Positions 36,912 through 46,887 of a stretch of DNA of 64,000 bases are shown one piece after another. Each line of letters starts with the position of its first letter. Position 1 is the stretch's first letter. The stretch spans positions 186,001 through 250,000 of IMG/VR virus record IMGVR_UViG_3300032782_000001. One strand, given 5' to 3'. The notes below the pieces were generated by a model. It made no database searches, had not been told where the DNA came from, and worked only from the letters and a program-made list of their open reading frames with translations. Position numbers and translations under genes: made by a program.

Positions 36912-37769
36912 TCAACTAGTCCTGGACCGACGTGCTAGTTTCTTCCTTGCAAAAACAACTAAAGCACGTGCCTTTCGGCATACTATGCATTCGTATCGAA
37001 CCTTTAAGCCAATTTTCTTATGGCATTCTCCGATCGGGATTGGACCGTGGACCTTGCAGTTGAAATGAGTCCGTTCTAATGATAACCTCTTGAGAGTCGC
37101 ACCACCGTTCTTGATCGCGGCATCTGACGGACGACGACCTTTCATGGCTGCAGAGATTTTAGCTCTCGCTTCCGTGGATAGCTTTCTGCCTGACGACGCC
37201 TGCCGGATTTTTTCTTTATGGTCATTGGAGAGCTTCTTCCCCCGTTGCACTTCGGAAATTTTCCGCTTAGACTCGTCGGAATGGTGTTTTCCTTTGAAAG
37301 AAGAACCGAGAGCCACAATCTCCGGACGAGAATGAACTTCCTTGGAAATTTTGGACATCTTCTGACGATATTCAGGCGTCCATGATGCCTTACTAACTGC
37401 AGACGCCTTCTCTCGGAAGCCCGGACGGTTCCAGTAATCAGTTTTAACTGAATGTGGGGTATGAAGTCCTCCCTGCATAAGATTGAAACCCTTCTCGGAA
37501 TTCCTTGTGTCGTAGAATTCAATCCAACTCTCTTCAGCTAGATTCGCAACTCCGAGCTCAGAGCAAACTTCAAGCACCTCGTGCAAAAAAGCATCCTTCC
37601 CATATTTCCGAATTGCACTCCAAAAATAACGACATCCTTTGCCGAGTTTGGACTTCGCATTATGAAGATGTTGATTCCATCGCTTCATCATTGTGAGCTT
37701 CGTCAGCCCAATATAGCGACGTCCAGATTCAGTATGCGTATGACAGTAAATAGTCCAGCGAGTCCCCAT
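36912..37769 (-). mobile_element. Free-standing GIY-YIG homing endonuclease with NUMOD3-like repeats (copy 2)
   Basis: TIY...GRRYIGLT, RWNQH, AIRKYGKDAF, KGFNL..GG; GKHHSDESKRKIS, GKKLSNDHKEKI, GRKLSTEARAKIS; C-terminal CxxH...CxxC. Confidence 0.88.
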
Positions 37770-37775
37770 GAGGAC

Positions 37776-37786
37776 ACCCTACCGGA
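37776..37786 (-). promoter_or_regulatory. TCCGGTAGGGT box, -10-like, upstream of endonuclease copy 2
   Basis: Second copy of the same 11-mer. Confidence 0.55.
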
Positions 37787-37796
37787 CCAATATTCG

Positions 37797-40550
37797 TCAT
37801 GCCCAGGTAAATACGATTTGTGCCAGTTTGCAGGTAGCCTGATCCGAAGGCCCAGGACCAGTAGGACCAGAAGGTCCCGTCGGATAGCATCTAAGCTGAA
37901 CTTCGTAGAGTTGCATCTGGTTATCCAAGTCGGCCGGCACGGTCAGTATCTGTCGAACGAGTGTGGGAGTGGTATTGATCAAGTTCTTCGTAGTTCCCGA
38001 AATACCAGTACCGACGCCAAGGTTATAGAGACGAATCTCTGCATACATGCTTGGCGTGGACTCAATAACAGCTTGCCATTCGATTTGTCGACCACTGACT
38101 TGAGTTTTGGTTGGATCTACTGCGATGGCTCCAATACCAACGAAGCCAGTTTGACCAGTTTGTTGAGCTCCAACCACCCCCGGGAAAACAACAGAAATTG
38201 GGAATGGTCCAGATCCGCCCCCACCACCTCCACCAGGACCAGTTGCACCTTGAGGACCCGTCGCTCCGGTAGCTCCGGCGGGTCCGGTAGCTCCGGCGGG
38301 TCCGGTAGCTCCCGTTACGCCTGGAGATCCTTGCGAACCAATAGCTCCTTGCGGTCCAGTGGCTCCTGTAACTCCTGGAAGGCCGATCGGACCTGTGGAT
38401 CCCTGAGGTCCGGTAGGTCCCGCAGGTCCAATTGCACCTTGAGGACCAGTCGCCCCCGTCAACCCCGGAGATCCTTGAGGAGCTCCGGCGGGTCCGGTAG
38501 CTCCAGTGACCCCGTCCATGCCGGCAGGACCCGTAGCCCCCTGAGGACCCGTAGCCCCCGGAGCTCCAGTTACTCCGTCCGCACCTTGTGGTCCAGTGGC
38601 TCCAGTGACGCCGGGTGACCCTTGAGGAGCTCCCGCAGGTCCAGTTACTCCAGTGACCCCAGGTGAGCCCTGAACGCCCTGCGACCCAGTAGGGCCAACC
38701 GCACCCGTCGCCCCAGTTGCACCAGCATTTCCAATGGGTCCGGTTGCACCTTGTGGACCGGTTGCACCTTGTGGACCGGTTGGACCAGTTACTCCAGTTA
38801 AACCTGGAGACCCTTGCGGACCTGTTGCTCCTTGTGGCCCCGTAGATCCTTGTGGCCCCGTAGATCCTTGTGGTCCAGTCGCCCCAGTTGCTCCTTGGGG
38901 ACCAGTTGCTCCTTGGGGACCAAGGGGCCCTGTAACGCCATCAATTCCCGTTGCACCTTGAAGGCCCGTTGCACCTTGTGGACCGGTTACTCCCTGCGCT
39001 CCGGTTGTACCGACAGGTCCAGTTGGGCCAGTTGCTCCAGTGGCCCCTTGTGGACCGGTTGCACCTTGTGGACCGGTTGTACCAATAGGTCCAGTCGGGC
39101 CAGTTGCTCCAGTGACTCCGTCTACACCGGTGGCGCCTTGTGGACCAGTTACACCATCAGCTCCTGTTGAGCCCTGCGGCCCTGTGGGGCCAGTAGCCCC
39201 CGTTGCACCTGGGGGCCCACCAAAGGGACCCGTAGGCCCTTGAGGACCAGTGGAACCGGTAACACCTTGTGGGCCTGCAGGACCTGTCGGACCAGTAGTT
39301 CCCGTAAAACCTGGAGAACCTTGCGGCCCGATTGAACCAGTAGGTCCTTGGGGACCTGTGGGGCCAGTTGCACCTTGCGGGCCAGTTGGTCCAATTGGAC
39401 CACCAGAAGGTCCAGTCGGGCCAGTAGCACCAACGGCACCAACCAAACCAATCGCAGAAATTTCGCCTGTTAAGAAATTGACAGTTCCGGAGTTAGCAAG
39501 CCATTGAACCTTTACGGTATAAGTTCCAGCTGACAAGGCCGTGGACGTAAACGTCCCGGCCACAATGCTCATGGAAGTGGATTCTCCATCCTCTTGGAGA
39601 GATGGACCGTTTTGGGAGTCAATAACGAGTCGAAAAACGGCAGAACTTGAAAGAACATCAGGCTGCCACTGGAGAGAGAACGACGCCGAAATAGGCGCCG
39701 TACTTCCAATAGTGACGCTCGTAGACATACCCGGGATGTCTACGAATCCGACACTCGTAGTCTGAGCAAATGTCGGAGTGCTAATATATCCGAAGGGAAT
39801 TGGAGCGGGGGCTGGTGCCGGACCCTGAATACCCGTAGCGCCTTGTAAACCTGTAGCTCCTTGTGGTCCAGTGACTCCCGGAGAACCTTGAGGCCCAGTC
39901 GGCCCCGTGGCACCAGTCGCTCCAACTGGCCCAGCAGCACCTGTGACTCCAGCGGGTCCAGTGACTCCCGGAGAACCTTGAGGCCCAGTCGTTCCAGGAC
40001 TACCTTGGGGACCTGTGGTTCCTGCAATACCAGGAGAACCTTGAGTTCCTTGGGATCCCGTAGCTCCTCTCGGTCCCGTTGGTCCAGTCGCCCCCGTCGA
40101 TCCGACAGGTCCGGTGGCTCCAGTTGGTCCCTGAGGACCTCCAAAAGGCCCCGTGGGACCCTGGGCACCAGTAGGACCCACAGGGCCCGTGACACCAGTA
40201 GGACCCGCAGGTCCCGCAGGTCCTATGGGACCCGTAGAACCAGCAGGACCGGTAATTCCGGTGATGTCTGTTTTAAGTTGATCAATGGCCCCTGCAGTCA
40301 AAATATGAGTGACTGTCGCGCCGAAAGCGTGGGTCGCTGCGGAAGTTCCCTCTTGACCACGGAGAACTGTAAATAAATTCCCGGCGACTCCAGTGACGAT
40401 CAAAATCTCATCGTCAATCCGAATACGGAATTGCGGGAGAGGAGGAAACAACGCAGCGCTGGCGACAGTAACATTCGTCGCCACGGGGCTAATGCCGCCG
40501 AGCTGGTTGATAGTCGTCTGTGCGCCGTTGGAGAATTTCTCGGTGGTCAC
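37797..40550 (-). CDS. Collagen-like fibre protein (two Gly-X-Y blocks, internal BclA-CTD-like domain)
   Basis: About 50 and about 135 G-X-Y triplets rich in GPT/GAT/GPQ; N-terminal '[10 protein letters not shown]...[15 protein letters not shown]' domain; middle '[12 protein letters not shown]...FRLVID...[10 protein letters not shown]'; GTG start. Confidence 0.88.
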   Translation of the reverse strand: MTTEKFSNGAQTTINQLGGISPVATNVTVASAALFPPLPQFRIRIDDEILIVTGVAGNLFTVLRGQEGTSAATHAFGATVTHILTAGAIDQLKTDITGITGPAGSTGPIGPAGPAGPTGVTGPVGPTGAQGPTGPFGGPQGPTGATGPVGSTGATGPTGPRGATGSQGTQGSPGIAGTTGPQGSPGTTGPQGSPGVTGPAGVTGAAGPVGATGATGPTGPQGSPGVTGPQGATGLQGATGIQGPAPAPAPIPFGYISTPTFAQTTSVGFVDIPGMSTSVTIGSTAPISASFSLQWQPDVLSSSAVFRLVIDSQNGPSLQEDGESTSMSIVAGTFTSTALSAGTYTVKVQWLANSGTVNFLTGEISAIGLVGAVGATGPTGPSGGPIGPTGPQGATGPTGPQGPTGSIGPQGSPGFTGTTGPTGPAGPQGVTGSTGPQGPTGPFGGPPGATGATGPTGPQGSTGADGVTGPQGATGVDGVTGATGPTGPIGTTGPQGATGPQGATGATGPTGPVGTTGAQGVTGPQGATGLQGATGIDGVTGPLGPQGATGPQGATGATGPQGSTGPQGSTGPQGATGPQGSPGLTGVTGPTGPQGATGPQGATGPIGNAGATGATGAVGPTGSQGVQGSPGVTGVTGPAGAPQGSPGVTGATGPQGADGVTGAPGATGPQGATGPAGMDGVTGATGPAGAPQGSPGLTGATGPQGAIGPAGPTGPQGSTGPIGLPGVTGATGPQGAIGSQGSPGVTGATGPAGATGPAGATGATGPQGATGPGGGGGGGSGPFPISVVFPGVVGAQQTGQTGFVGIGAIAVDPTKTQVSGRQIEWQAVIESTPSMYAEIRLYNLGVGTGISGTTKNLINTTPTLVRQILTVPADLDNQMQLYEVQLRCYPTGPSGPTGPGPSDQATCKLAQIVFTWA
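38230..40265. repeat. Coding tandem repeats (9/18-bp periodicity) of the collagen region
   Basis: For example (GGTCCGGTAGCTCCGGCG)n near 38265-38312, (GGACCGGTTGCACCTTGT)n near 38737-38782, and a 36-bp duplicate GGTCCAGTGACTCCCGGAGAACCTTGAGGCCCAGTC near 39865 and 39955. Confidence 0.9.
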
Positions 40551-40626
40551 GAGCTACCCTCGCTGACGCAGGAGCGGCCGTTCATGGTCACACCGACGTC
40601 GGCGATAAGAATCCCAGACCGGGGGT

Positions 40627-41439
40627 CTAAAACGAACCAGAATGGTCTTCGTTTGTCACAAAGACCGCCCTTTTTGTACCGAGAACATCGATCCGTTCCA
40701 CACCTTCAACGAATTTACGAAAATCTTCGTAACCATAATTCGACAAATCGAAAGTAAAAGTGTCGGTCACTTTATTGGGCTGGAACTCATCCAAATTCTG
40801 TTGGCCCGTGTAAACATCTTGAAGGATGAACCTGAGTCTATACAAAGTGTGAGCGGGTCGAATGATATTCAAAAGGATACGGATATTCTTGTCTGCTAGG
40901 AAAACATCCGTAGCACCTGGAGAAGCAAGAAAAACATCAATGTCAAATCCAAATTCATCTGAGATATCCAGTCCAGATGCTGGATTACGAGCTTCCAAGA
41001 AGTTTTCCCTGACAACCACTGTTCCATTCACGAACAGTTCTGCAGATTTCTTAATGGAACTCGGTACACTTCCCGCAAAATAAATATCGATGATTTTGAG
41101 TAAGAAATCTCGAAAATCTAAATCTGCAAGCTGAGGATCCGGAGCTCCCGCTTTCTGCGGGAACAAAATGGATGTGACCATCTGATAGAGGAAGTCAGTT
41201 CTGGTCGTGGCGTAATAAGTATCACTACGGACATCATCGAGAGACAATCGAACCCTGGCAAGAGCCAGAGCCATCGCCTTAATCTCCCGAGTATAATTCG
41301 GTCCGTCGATAGTTGACTGCCAATATGAAGACAGTAAAGCCAGGAAAACTTTGAAATGCTTGTCGGCCTCGTCGTTGAGACGATTTAGATACTCTTCACC
41401 GGCTTCATAAGTGTTGAAGTTAATCCTTACAATAGCCAC
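40627..41439 (-). CDS. Baseplate wedge subunit (P2 gpI / T4 gp7-like)
   Basis: Follows baseplate J; 'D..FR..L..I..IYF.GS...SI' and 'LLNIIRPAHT' motifs. Confidence 0.7.
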   Translation of the reverse strand: MAIVRINFNTYEAGEEYLNRLNDEADKHFKVFLALLSSYWQSTIDGPNYTREIKAMALALARVRLSLDDVRSDTYYATTRTDFLYQMVTSILFPQKAGAPDPQLADLDFRDFLLKIIDIYFAGSVPSSIKKSAELFVNGTVVVRENFLEARNPASGLDISDEFGFDIDVFLASPGATDVFLADKNIRILLNIIRPAHTLYRLRFILQDVYTGQQNLDEFQPNKVTDTFTFDLSNYGYEDFRKFVEGVERIDVLGTKRAVFVTNEDHSGSF

Positions 41440-41458
41440 TTCTTCCCTCAGTATGAGA

Positions 41459-44400
41459 TCAGCTTGCCGGCCGATAGGTCAAAGTGATGTCCCCCGGAGT
41501 CAAGAATTCAATTTGAGATGTATTGATATCTTGAACTCCCTTATCACCACTCACTACATAGGTTGCAGAAAATGCATGGTTGCCGGGAACGTCTGGTGGA
41601 GTCGCACCAGCGTCGAGTGAGACCACCACCCGATTAGCAGTCCTACGGACTCTCTCAGCGGGAATAGCAGAAGCCACGAATACAACGGGCAAAAGAGTAG
41701 CGTCGTCCGAATACCCTTGAATAACAGCACCGTTCTGACCAATAATCCAAGATTGATTTACAGCATTTCCCACGGATTCCAAAGAATCTGCCATTTTCAT
41801 GATGAGGTCATCTTTGAAAACACCATGATGAATATTATTAGCACCTCCACCGTCAGTGGTATTGAATGGAAGCGCTTGAGTCAGAAGATAAACAGCGTTA
41901 GCGAATGCGTTCAAAGACGGCAGAGCCACAGATTCGGGCAGAATTTCATCTCGAATTCGAACGGCTCCATCTTGGAGGGATAAACGAGAGAACGGCTGGA
42001 CGACAAAATCTACTCCCGTTGTGTCGTCAATAACGGATGTTACGTCTGATTGATGGATGGAACCACCAACACCTTTGGAGTCAGTCAAAATAGTGAACGA
42101 AGTTCGAATGGCGGAGTCAACTGTGGCTTGATTTGCATTTGGAAGCAGCTGGACAGTAGCTTCTACCGATATCGGATTCTCAAGAGCTTGCTTCACTACA
42201 ACATCCGCAGTAACATGCCGCATCGTTTGGATTTTGGCTTGCAGCTGTTGTAGAACATCGTTCACCACATAGGTAACGGAAAAATTTTCATCTTTCTGAT
42301 AATCGACCGATATTGTCGCACCGCTTGCGATGTTGGATAAAGTCGTTCGAATAATCTTGATAGGTGTGGTCTGTGATCCACCAACGACAAGATAATCTGG
42401 ATTGGCATTATCAGGGCCGTTATATTGAATAGTCCTGTCTTTACTATAGACCACCAGAGTAAAGCTATTGATACCAACGGAATCGAGAGGCTCCTGGAAT
42501 TCACCAATCAATACATGTTGTTCGTCATTGACCTGGAGTGAATTCCCGGAAGGAACATTCCCAACTTGATTGATCGTAATGAAGTCCTTAGCAATAGTGC
42601 TCTCTCCTTCAAGGAGAGGATCTTGGATCTTGAAAATGGTGAAGCCTAATACAGAATCAAGCGCTCCTGAAACTTCGCCAGTTACAGATGAAACCCTTAG
42701 GATCGGTTGAATCGATGGAATGAATTTGTTGTTACTACGGAATCTATAATCACCTTCCACGAAGTCATCGAGAAGGGTCTGCGGCTGCGGAATGGATTGG
42801 CTGAGACGAATTGTCCTATAGTCAACGAGAGTAACTCCCGTCAGATCATAAGAAGCGGTGGGAAGATCCGAATGATTTCTCAACCCGAGTCCTTGGCTCG
42901 GGTTGAAGAGCATTTCTACGATCGGATTGGATGGGGTGAGTCTTGAATCTCTGGCTCGAAACGTGAGAGTAGTGACGTCAATAACATCAAACCTTATGTT
43001 TTTTGCAATCTCAAACTGGAAAGCAAATGTTTCCGTAGTGGTCCTCTCAAGAGTCCCTTTCACATAAATATCGACTTTGCCGCCAATGTGCTTTTTGCGG
43101 ACTTCATCATAGTCACGCATCATGAAAGGATCGCCCGATTTAATTACGCGCGTCTCGAGAACACCAGGCACAGAAATAGAATTCTCTTCGTAACCACCTT
43201 CGGTACCAGTATCCAAAGAAGAAAGTGCGTTTTGTGCGCTCTCTGCGAGTTCCAAGTTACTCTGAACGTCTCGACCAAAATCTGCAGCTACTTCATTGAT
43301 AGTATTGAAACCACTCGCGCCAGATACGACTGTATCAATACTCCCAGCGGGGATATTGCCTGCCGAACCCGGGGTATCGGCAAACATTTGGACTTTGATC
43401 TCATATCTACGAGTATCTTGATTGTAGAAACTCTGAGCATTGGCCGCGGTAAGTGTAGCCGCACCTTTAGCTCTATAACGTGGAGCCGTACTGACAGTGG
43501 ACGAAGAAACGATAGCGTTTTGCGCCACAATCAGGTCACGTGTCGGTTTCGTAGTCGTATAGAATGTCTGGTTAACAACCGACGGCCGACTACCAAGGCG
43601 GGGGATTCCGAAATTTTTTGCTAGAGAGTCAAACGCGGAATCAATTAACCCTTGGGTGGCAGCGTCCGTAGACAGGCTCAAAGCCGCCTTCAGTGCTTGT
43701 TTATACTGAGAATTAGATACTGGAATGCTCGTCCCCGTGAGACCAGGGTCGTCGATTTGAAGGAGAGCGGAGAAAGACTTAGCTCGATGGACAAAGTCCA
43801 TCAAAAAATAAGCCTTTTGCATTTCATTAGCAAAAGGTTCAATATGAACTTCCCGAACTGTGGACCCAGGAATCAAAGAAAGAGTTGGCTGAACTGTTGA
43901 AATCTCTCGAATATAATTATTAACGACCGCATCTTGTTGACGGATCTGGATACCGCGAACAGTTGCGTCTAAAGCTAGAGGGTTCCCAGAAATTTCTTGA
44001 GAGAACCTACTCTCTTGGAGAAGACCGGTGGATTTATTGAAGAAGACAGATGTTATGACGTAGAAGAGGGGATCTTCAGACGCAACTGCCGCAAATGTAT
44101 CGGAGTTGAGAGTGTTGTTAACGATCCCATTATTGCGATTATGATTGAAGGTAAAAAAATTGGTCTCTTCCAGAGCGGAAACGGATACGGTTAGTCTGAA
44201 ATTAGGCTGACCAAGAAGTGAATATCGATTATCTGACGTCTGAGTGATGACCTCATTTGTAACTGGGTCAAGAATTTGTGAAACAATCCTGACATCATTT
44301 CCAGAAAAAGGCGTGATTTGAGGTGCGGAATCAGTAAGATCATAACTTACTGATGAGCTCGGAATTTCTTCCACTACGGTGGTCGTTGGAGAGGTGAAAG

Positions 44401-44911
44401 GAATCGTATCTTTGTTGATACGAAGATACCCCGATCCTGTTCCGCCTTCTCCTGTAGAAGCATACACATTATATCCAGTAATGGACGAAGAAGAAGAAAC
44501 ATCAGACCAAGTAATATCAACTGAGCTAGCACGACGTTTAAGAACGATCCCCGTTGGAGGAGTCAACAAGTTTTTCAGGTCGGACTCAGCAACGACCGTA
44601 GCACTGATAGTTGCTGCGGGACTAACAGCGCCTGTGATATCAACTGCCCTGAGTCTAATGACATTCAGACCCTTGTCCAGTTTGAGACCGTCTGGAAAAC
44701 TGGACAAGTTAGGAACCGTGAAATTCGGGAGCGCAAGATCGACCAAAGAAGGATCCGACACAAACCCAGCGTCGTTGACATCAATTTGAACGTCAATGAC
44801 ATTCGGACCCACGGAACCAGTAAAAACCAGCCCGAACAAATTCGTAGTGATGGTTAGGGATGAGGTTGTCCCGGAACCGTCAAAATAATTCAGCTGCGGC
44901 GTGGCCGTCAT
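41459..44911 (-). CDS. Baseplate J-like wedge protein (T4 gp6 analog) with N-terminal Ig/Fn3 extension
   Basis: PGSTVREVHIEP, FDSLAKNFGIPR, A..PGSAGNIPAGSI, FGRDVQSNLEL, GT..GY...SVPGV, GGKVDIYV, IHQSDV...IDDTTGVDFV. Confidence 0.85.
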   Translation of the reverse strand: MTATPQLNYFDGSGTTSSLTITTNLFGLVFTGSVGPNVIDVQIDVNDAGFVSDPSLVDLALPNFTVPNLSSFPDGLKLDKGLNVIRLRAVDITGAVSPAATISATVVAESDLKNLLTPPTGIVLKRRASSVDITWSDVSSSSSITGYNVYASTGEGGTGSGYLRINKDTIPFTSPTTTVVEEIPSSSVSYDLTDSAPQITPFSGNDVRIVSQILDPVTNEVITQTSDNRYSLLGQPNFRLTVSVSALEETNFFTFNHNRNNGIVNNTLNSDTFAAVASEDPLFYVITSVFFNKSTGLLQESRFSQEISGNPLALDATVRGIQIRQQDAVVNNYIREISTVQPTLSLIPGSTVREVHIEPFANEMQKAYFLMDFVHRAKSFSALLQIDDPGLTGTSIPVSNSQYKQALKAALSLSTDAATQGLIDSAFDSLAKNFGIPRLGSRPSVVNQTFYTTTKPTRDLIVAQNAIVSSSTVSTAPRYRAKGAATLTAANAQSFYNQDTRRYEIKVQMFADTPGSAGNIPAGSIDTVVSGASGFNTINEVAADFGRDVQSNLELAESAQNALSSLDTGTEGGYEENSISVPGVLETRVIKSGDPFMMRDYDEVRKKHIGGKVDIYVKGTLERTTTETFAFQFEIAKNIRFDVIDVTTLTFRARDSRLTPSNPIVEMLFNPSQGLGLRNHSDLPTASYDLTGVTLVDYRTIRLSQSIPQPQTLLDDFVEGDYRFRSNNKFIPSIQPILRVSSVTGEVSGALDSVLGFTIFKIQDPLLEGESTIAKDFITINQVGNVPSGNSLQVNDEQHVLIGEFQEPLDSVGINSFTLVVYSKDRTIQYNGPDNANPDYLVVGGSQTTPIKIIRTTLSNIASGATISVDYQKDENFSVTYVVNDVLQQLQAKIQTMRHVTADVVVKQALENPISVEATVQLLPNANQATVDSAIRTSFTILTDSKGVGGSIHQSDVTSVIDDTTGVDFVVQPFSRLSLQDGAVRIRDEILPESVALPSLNAFANAVYLLTQALPFNTTDGGGANNIHHGVFKDDLIMKMADSLESVGNAVNQSWIIGQNGAVIQGYSDDATLLPVVFVASAIPAERVRRTANRVVVSLDAGATPPDVPGNHAFSATYVVSGDKGVQDINTSQIEFLTPGDITLTYRPAS

Positions 44912-44941
44912 GTTCAGTCACGATACGGCATTAGAACCGTC

Positions 44942-46093
44942 TCAAGCACGAAGCTGGAATGTTGGAGATCCTTGACCAAACGTAAAGGGATTGGGAGTAC
45001 CGATAACGCGCTTAAGAGGGACAGGGACACGACTCCGACTATCGATAGTCGTAACTACGATAGCGACAGTCGGGTCATCCGTCGGACTCCGAACAGAAAC
45101 GCTAATGAGTTTGGCCGGATATTCAGCATCCGAGACTTGTTGGATTGGGAATCGAGAGTCTTGTTGCTGTTTGATATTCTGATAGGTTCGGAAAGCCTGG
45201 GTCACGTCGAGGTTGATCATTGCATTGATCGTCGTTAACCCCGTAGTTCCTTTCCCACCTACTCTGTTGATGAGACCTGATCCCAACCAGGCCCATTTGA
45301 AATGAGAACCAATTCGTGTGAACAGGAATTTATCAAATTCTTGCGCAAGCAGATCGGTATCCTGAACCGTGTCATAGCTCCCATTGAGAATGCCATAATC
45401 AAATTCAATTTTTGAACCAAAACATCTACGACAGTTCTGAGGAGCAGTCACATAACTGAGTCGAATTACGGGATCATGATTCAGAAGAGGAGATTCGAAT
45501 TGGATGAGTCTACCGGTCCCGTCACCTGAGTTAGGGTCCAGCACCAAAGACCAACCGGGGAATAACTTTTTACCAGTTACTGCTCTCCCAGGAACGATGC
45601 CAAGTTTAGAATAGGCCCCCAAGATTCTTCCAGTGGAAGGTAGAGAACTGGTCTTGTCAGTCCATCGGGGATCAGGAAAAGAGAATGAGGTCCCGGTAGA
45701 CGGCTGACGTGCAGCAAGTACCACGCGATTGTTCTGAACCGAAATATTGAGTGCTGGAAGTTTCTTTTGAAGGTCTTGCGCTAAGTCCGAAGCTTTCAGA
45801 TTAGATCCGGAAATGATCTGGATCATCTGCGGCGGATCGAATCCGATTCGTACGAAAATGAGGTCGTTTACTCCCGCTGTGATTCGATATGGTTCGGGCT
45901 TGGAAAAAGGAAGAGTGGCTACAGAATAAAGCCCTCCGGGCGGAATGTCTACTCCGTCGATTTCTACCCTCACAGATTTATTTACTGGAGGACGTTGGAA
46001 AGAAGCCGTTAGATGCGAATTAACGTTCAAAGTGCTCGCTTCACGAACAACTTCATGAGTACAAATTTGTTCCGTAGCAAAATCGTAACTCAT
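44942..46093 (-). CDS. gp25-like baseplate wedge/sheath-initiator protein with N-terminal extension
   Basis: C-terminal 'LLAQEFDKFLFTRIGSH...WLGS.L...G' gp25-like pattern; internal CRRC; directly upstream of baseplate J. Confidence 0.7.
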   Translation of the reverse strand: MSYDFATEQICTHEVVREASTLNVNSHLTASFQRPPVNKSVRVEIDGVDIPPGGLYSVATLPFSKPEPYRITAGVNDLIFVRIGFDPPQMIQIISGSNLKASDLAQDLQKKLPALNISVQNNRVVLAARQPSTGTSFSFPDPRWTDKTSSLPSTGRILGAYSKLGIVPGRAVTGKKLFPGWSLVLDPNSGDGTGRLIQFESPLLNHDPVIRLSYVTAPQNCRRCFGSKIEFDYGILNGSYDTVQDTDLLAQEFDKFLFTRIGSHFKWAWLGSGLINRVGGKGTTGLTTINAMINLDVTQAFRTYQNIKQQQDSRFPIQQVSDAEYPAKLISVSVRSPTDDPTVAIVVTTIDSRSRVPVPLKRVIGTPNPFTFGQGSPTFQLRA

Positions 46094-46806
46094 CGTTCTG
46101 CGTCCTCTGAGTCTTCAGTGATTGCAGAATCTCGAGTGAAGTCCGAAGGCACACCAACATTCAGTCCGAAGATATCAGTGGTGTCATCTACCGTGTTCTG
46201 GGCATCGGGAGTATCGATTTGGACGTCCACAGCCAAAACTTGGTCGGAGGCGCTACCTAGACCCTCGGCGGTGAGTTGATCGATCAATGCCATTTCTTTT
46301 TGGATCTGGTCGGAGTAGTCCAACGCTCGCTTGATCTTATATTCGATTCTCTCTCGCTTTAGCTTAATGGCTTCTAACTGCCATTTCTTGAGCCTTTCAA
46401 CCAAAATCCCTAAATCCCGATCGAAAATTTGACTCCCACGGAACCTTCGGTTATTGGAGAAAGTATCCGCTACTCCACCTGTCACTTCACCATTCTCATC
46501 GGTAGTAAGTGGCACAGTGCGGGATGCGTATACAGGGATGTCTGAGGTCCTGAGAAGCATGTCCCTCTCGGGGATACCTCCCAAGATTCTGTATGCAGTC
46601 ATGAGTTTGTCTGCGTAGCTTCCAGCAACAGCCGCAAAACCCGTAGGATTAGGGCCATCATAATCAGTAATGAATACGCCAACTCGAGTTAGCTCCCTTT
46701 GGAGCCAAGCCTTGCGTTGAATGAGGTCAATTTGTTGGATAGCAACGAAATTTTTGAATTCTTCCCATTGACCCGTGGTGAAGGTCCCATAAAAATTAAA
46801 CGCCAT
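46090..46806 (-). CDS. Hypothetical helical/coiled-coil virion protein
   Basis: Probable start ATG 46806 (MAFNFYG) after SD-like GGAAAGGA; ATGA overlap with the gp25-like gene. Confidence 0.6.
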   Translation of the reverse strand: MAFNFYGTFTTGQWEEFKNFVAIQQIDLIQRKAWLQRELTRVGVFITDYDGPNPTGFAAVAGSYADKLMTAYRILGGIPERDMLLRTSDIPVYASRTVPLTTDENGEVTGGVADTFSNNRRFRGSQIFDRDLGILVERLKKWQLEAIKLKRERIEYKIKRALDYSDQIQKEMALIDQLTAEGLGSASDQVLAVDVQIDTPDAQNTVDDTTDIFGLNVGVPSDFTRDSAITEDSEDAER

Positions 46807-46887
46807 GTTTACATCCTTTCCTCTGATGGATATAAAGTCCACCACCAGGATGTTTGCAAAAATTTGGAAAGAATTGAAGGTTCATTA

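Noticed and set aside
37581-38618. 345-aa plus-strand ORF and the many other short antisense or alternate-frame ORFs
   Set aside because: Shadows of long minus-strand genes, especially over GC-rich collagen and Gly-rich codons; low-complexity translations.
38230-40265. CRISPR-like array
   Set aside because: The repeats have codon periodicity, no unique spacers, and encode Gly-X-Y.
15412-40586. 12-bp inverted match CCATGAACGGCC in two intergenic gaps (15412-15423 and 40575-40586)
   Set aside because: A single short match 25 kb apart is compatible with chance; no recombinase is present and the enclosed genes are not inverted.
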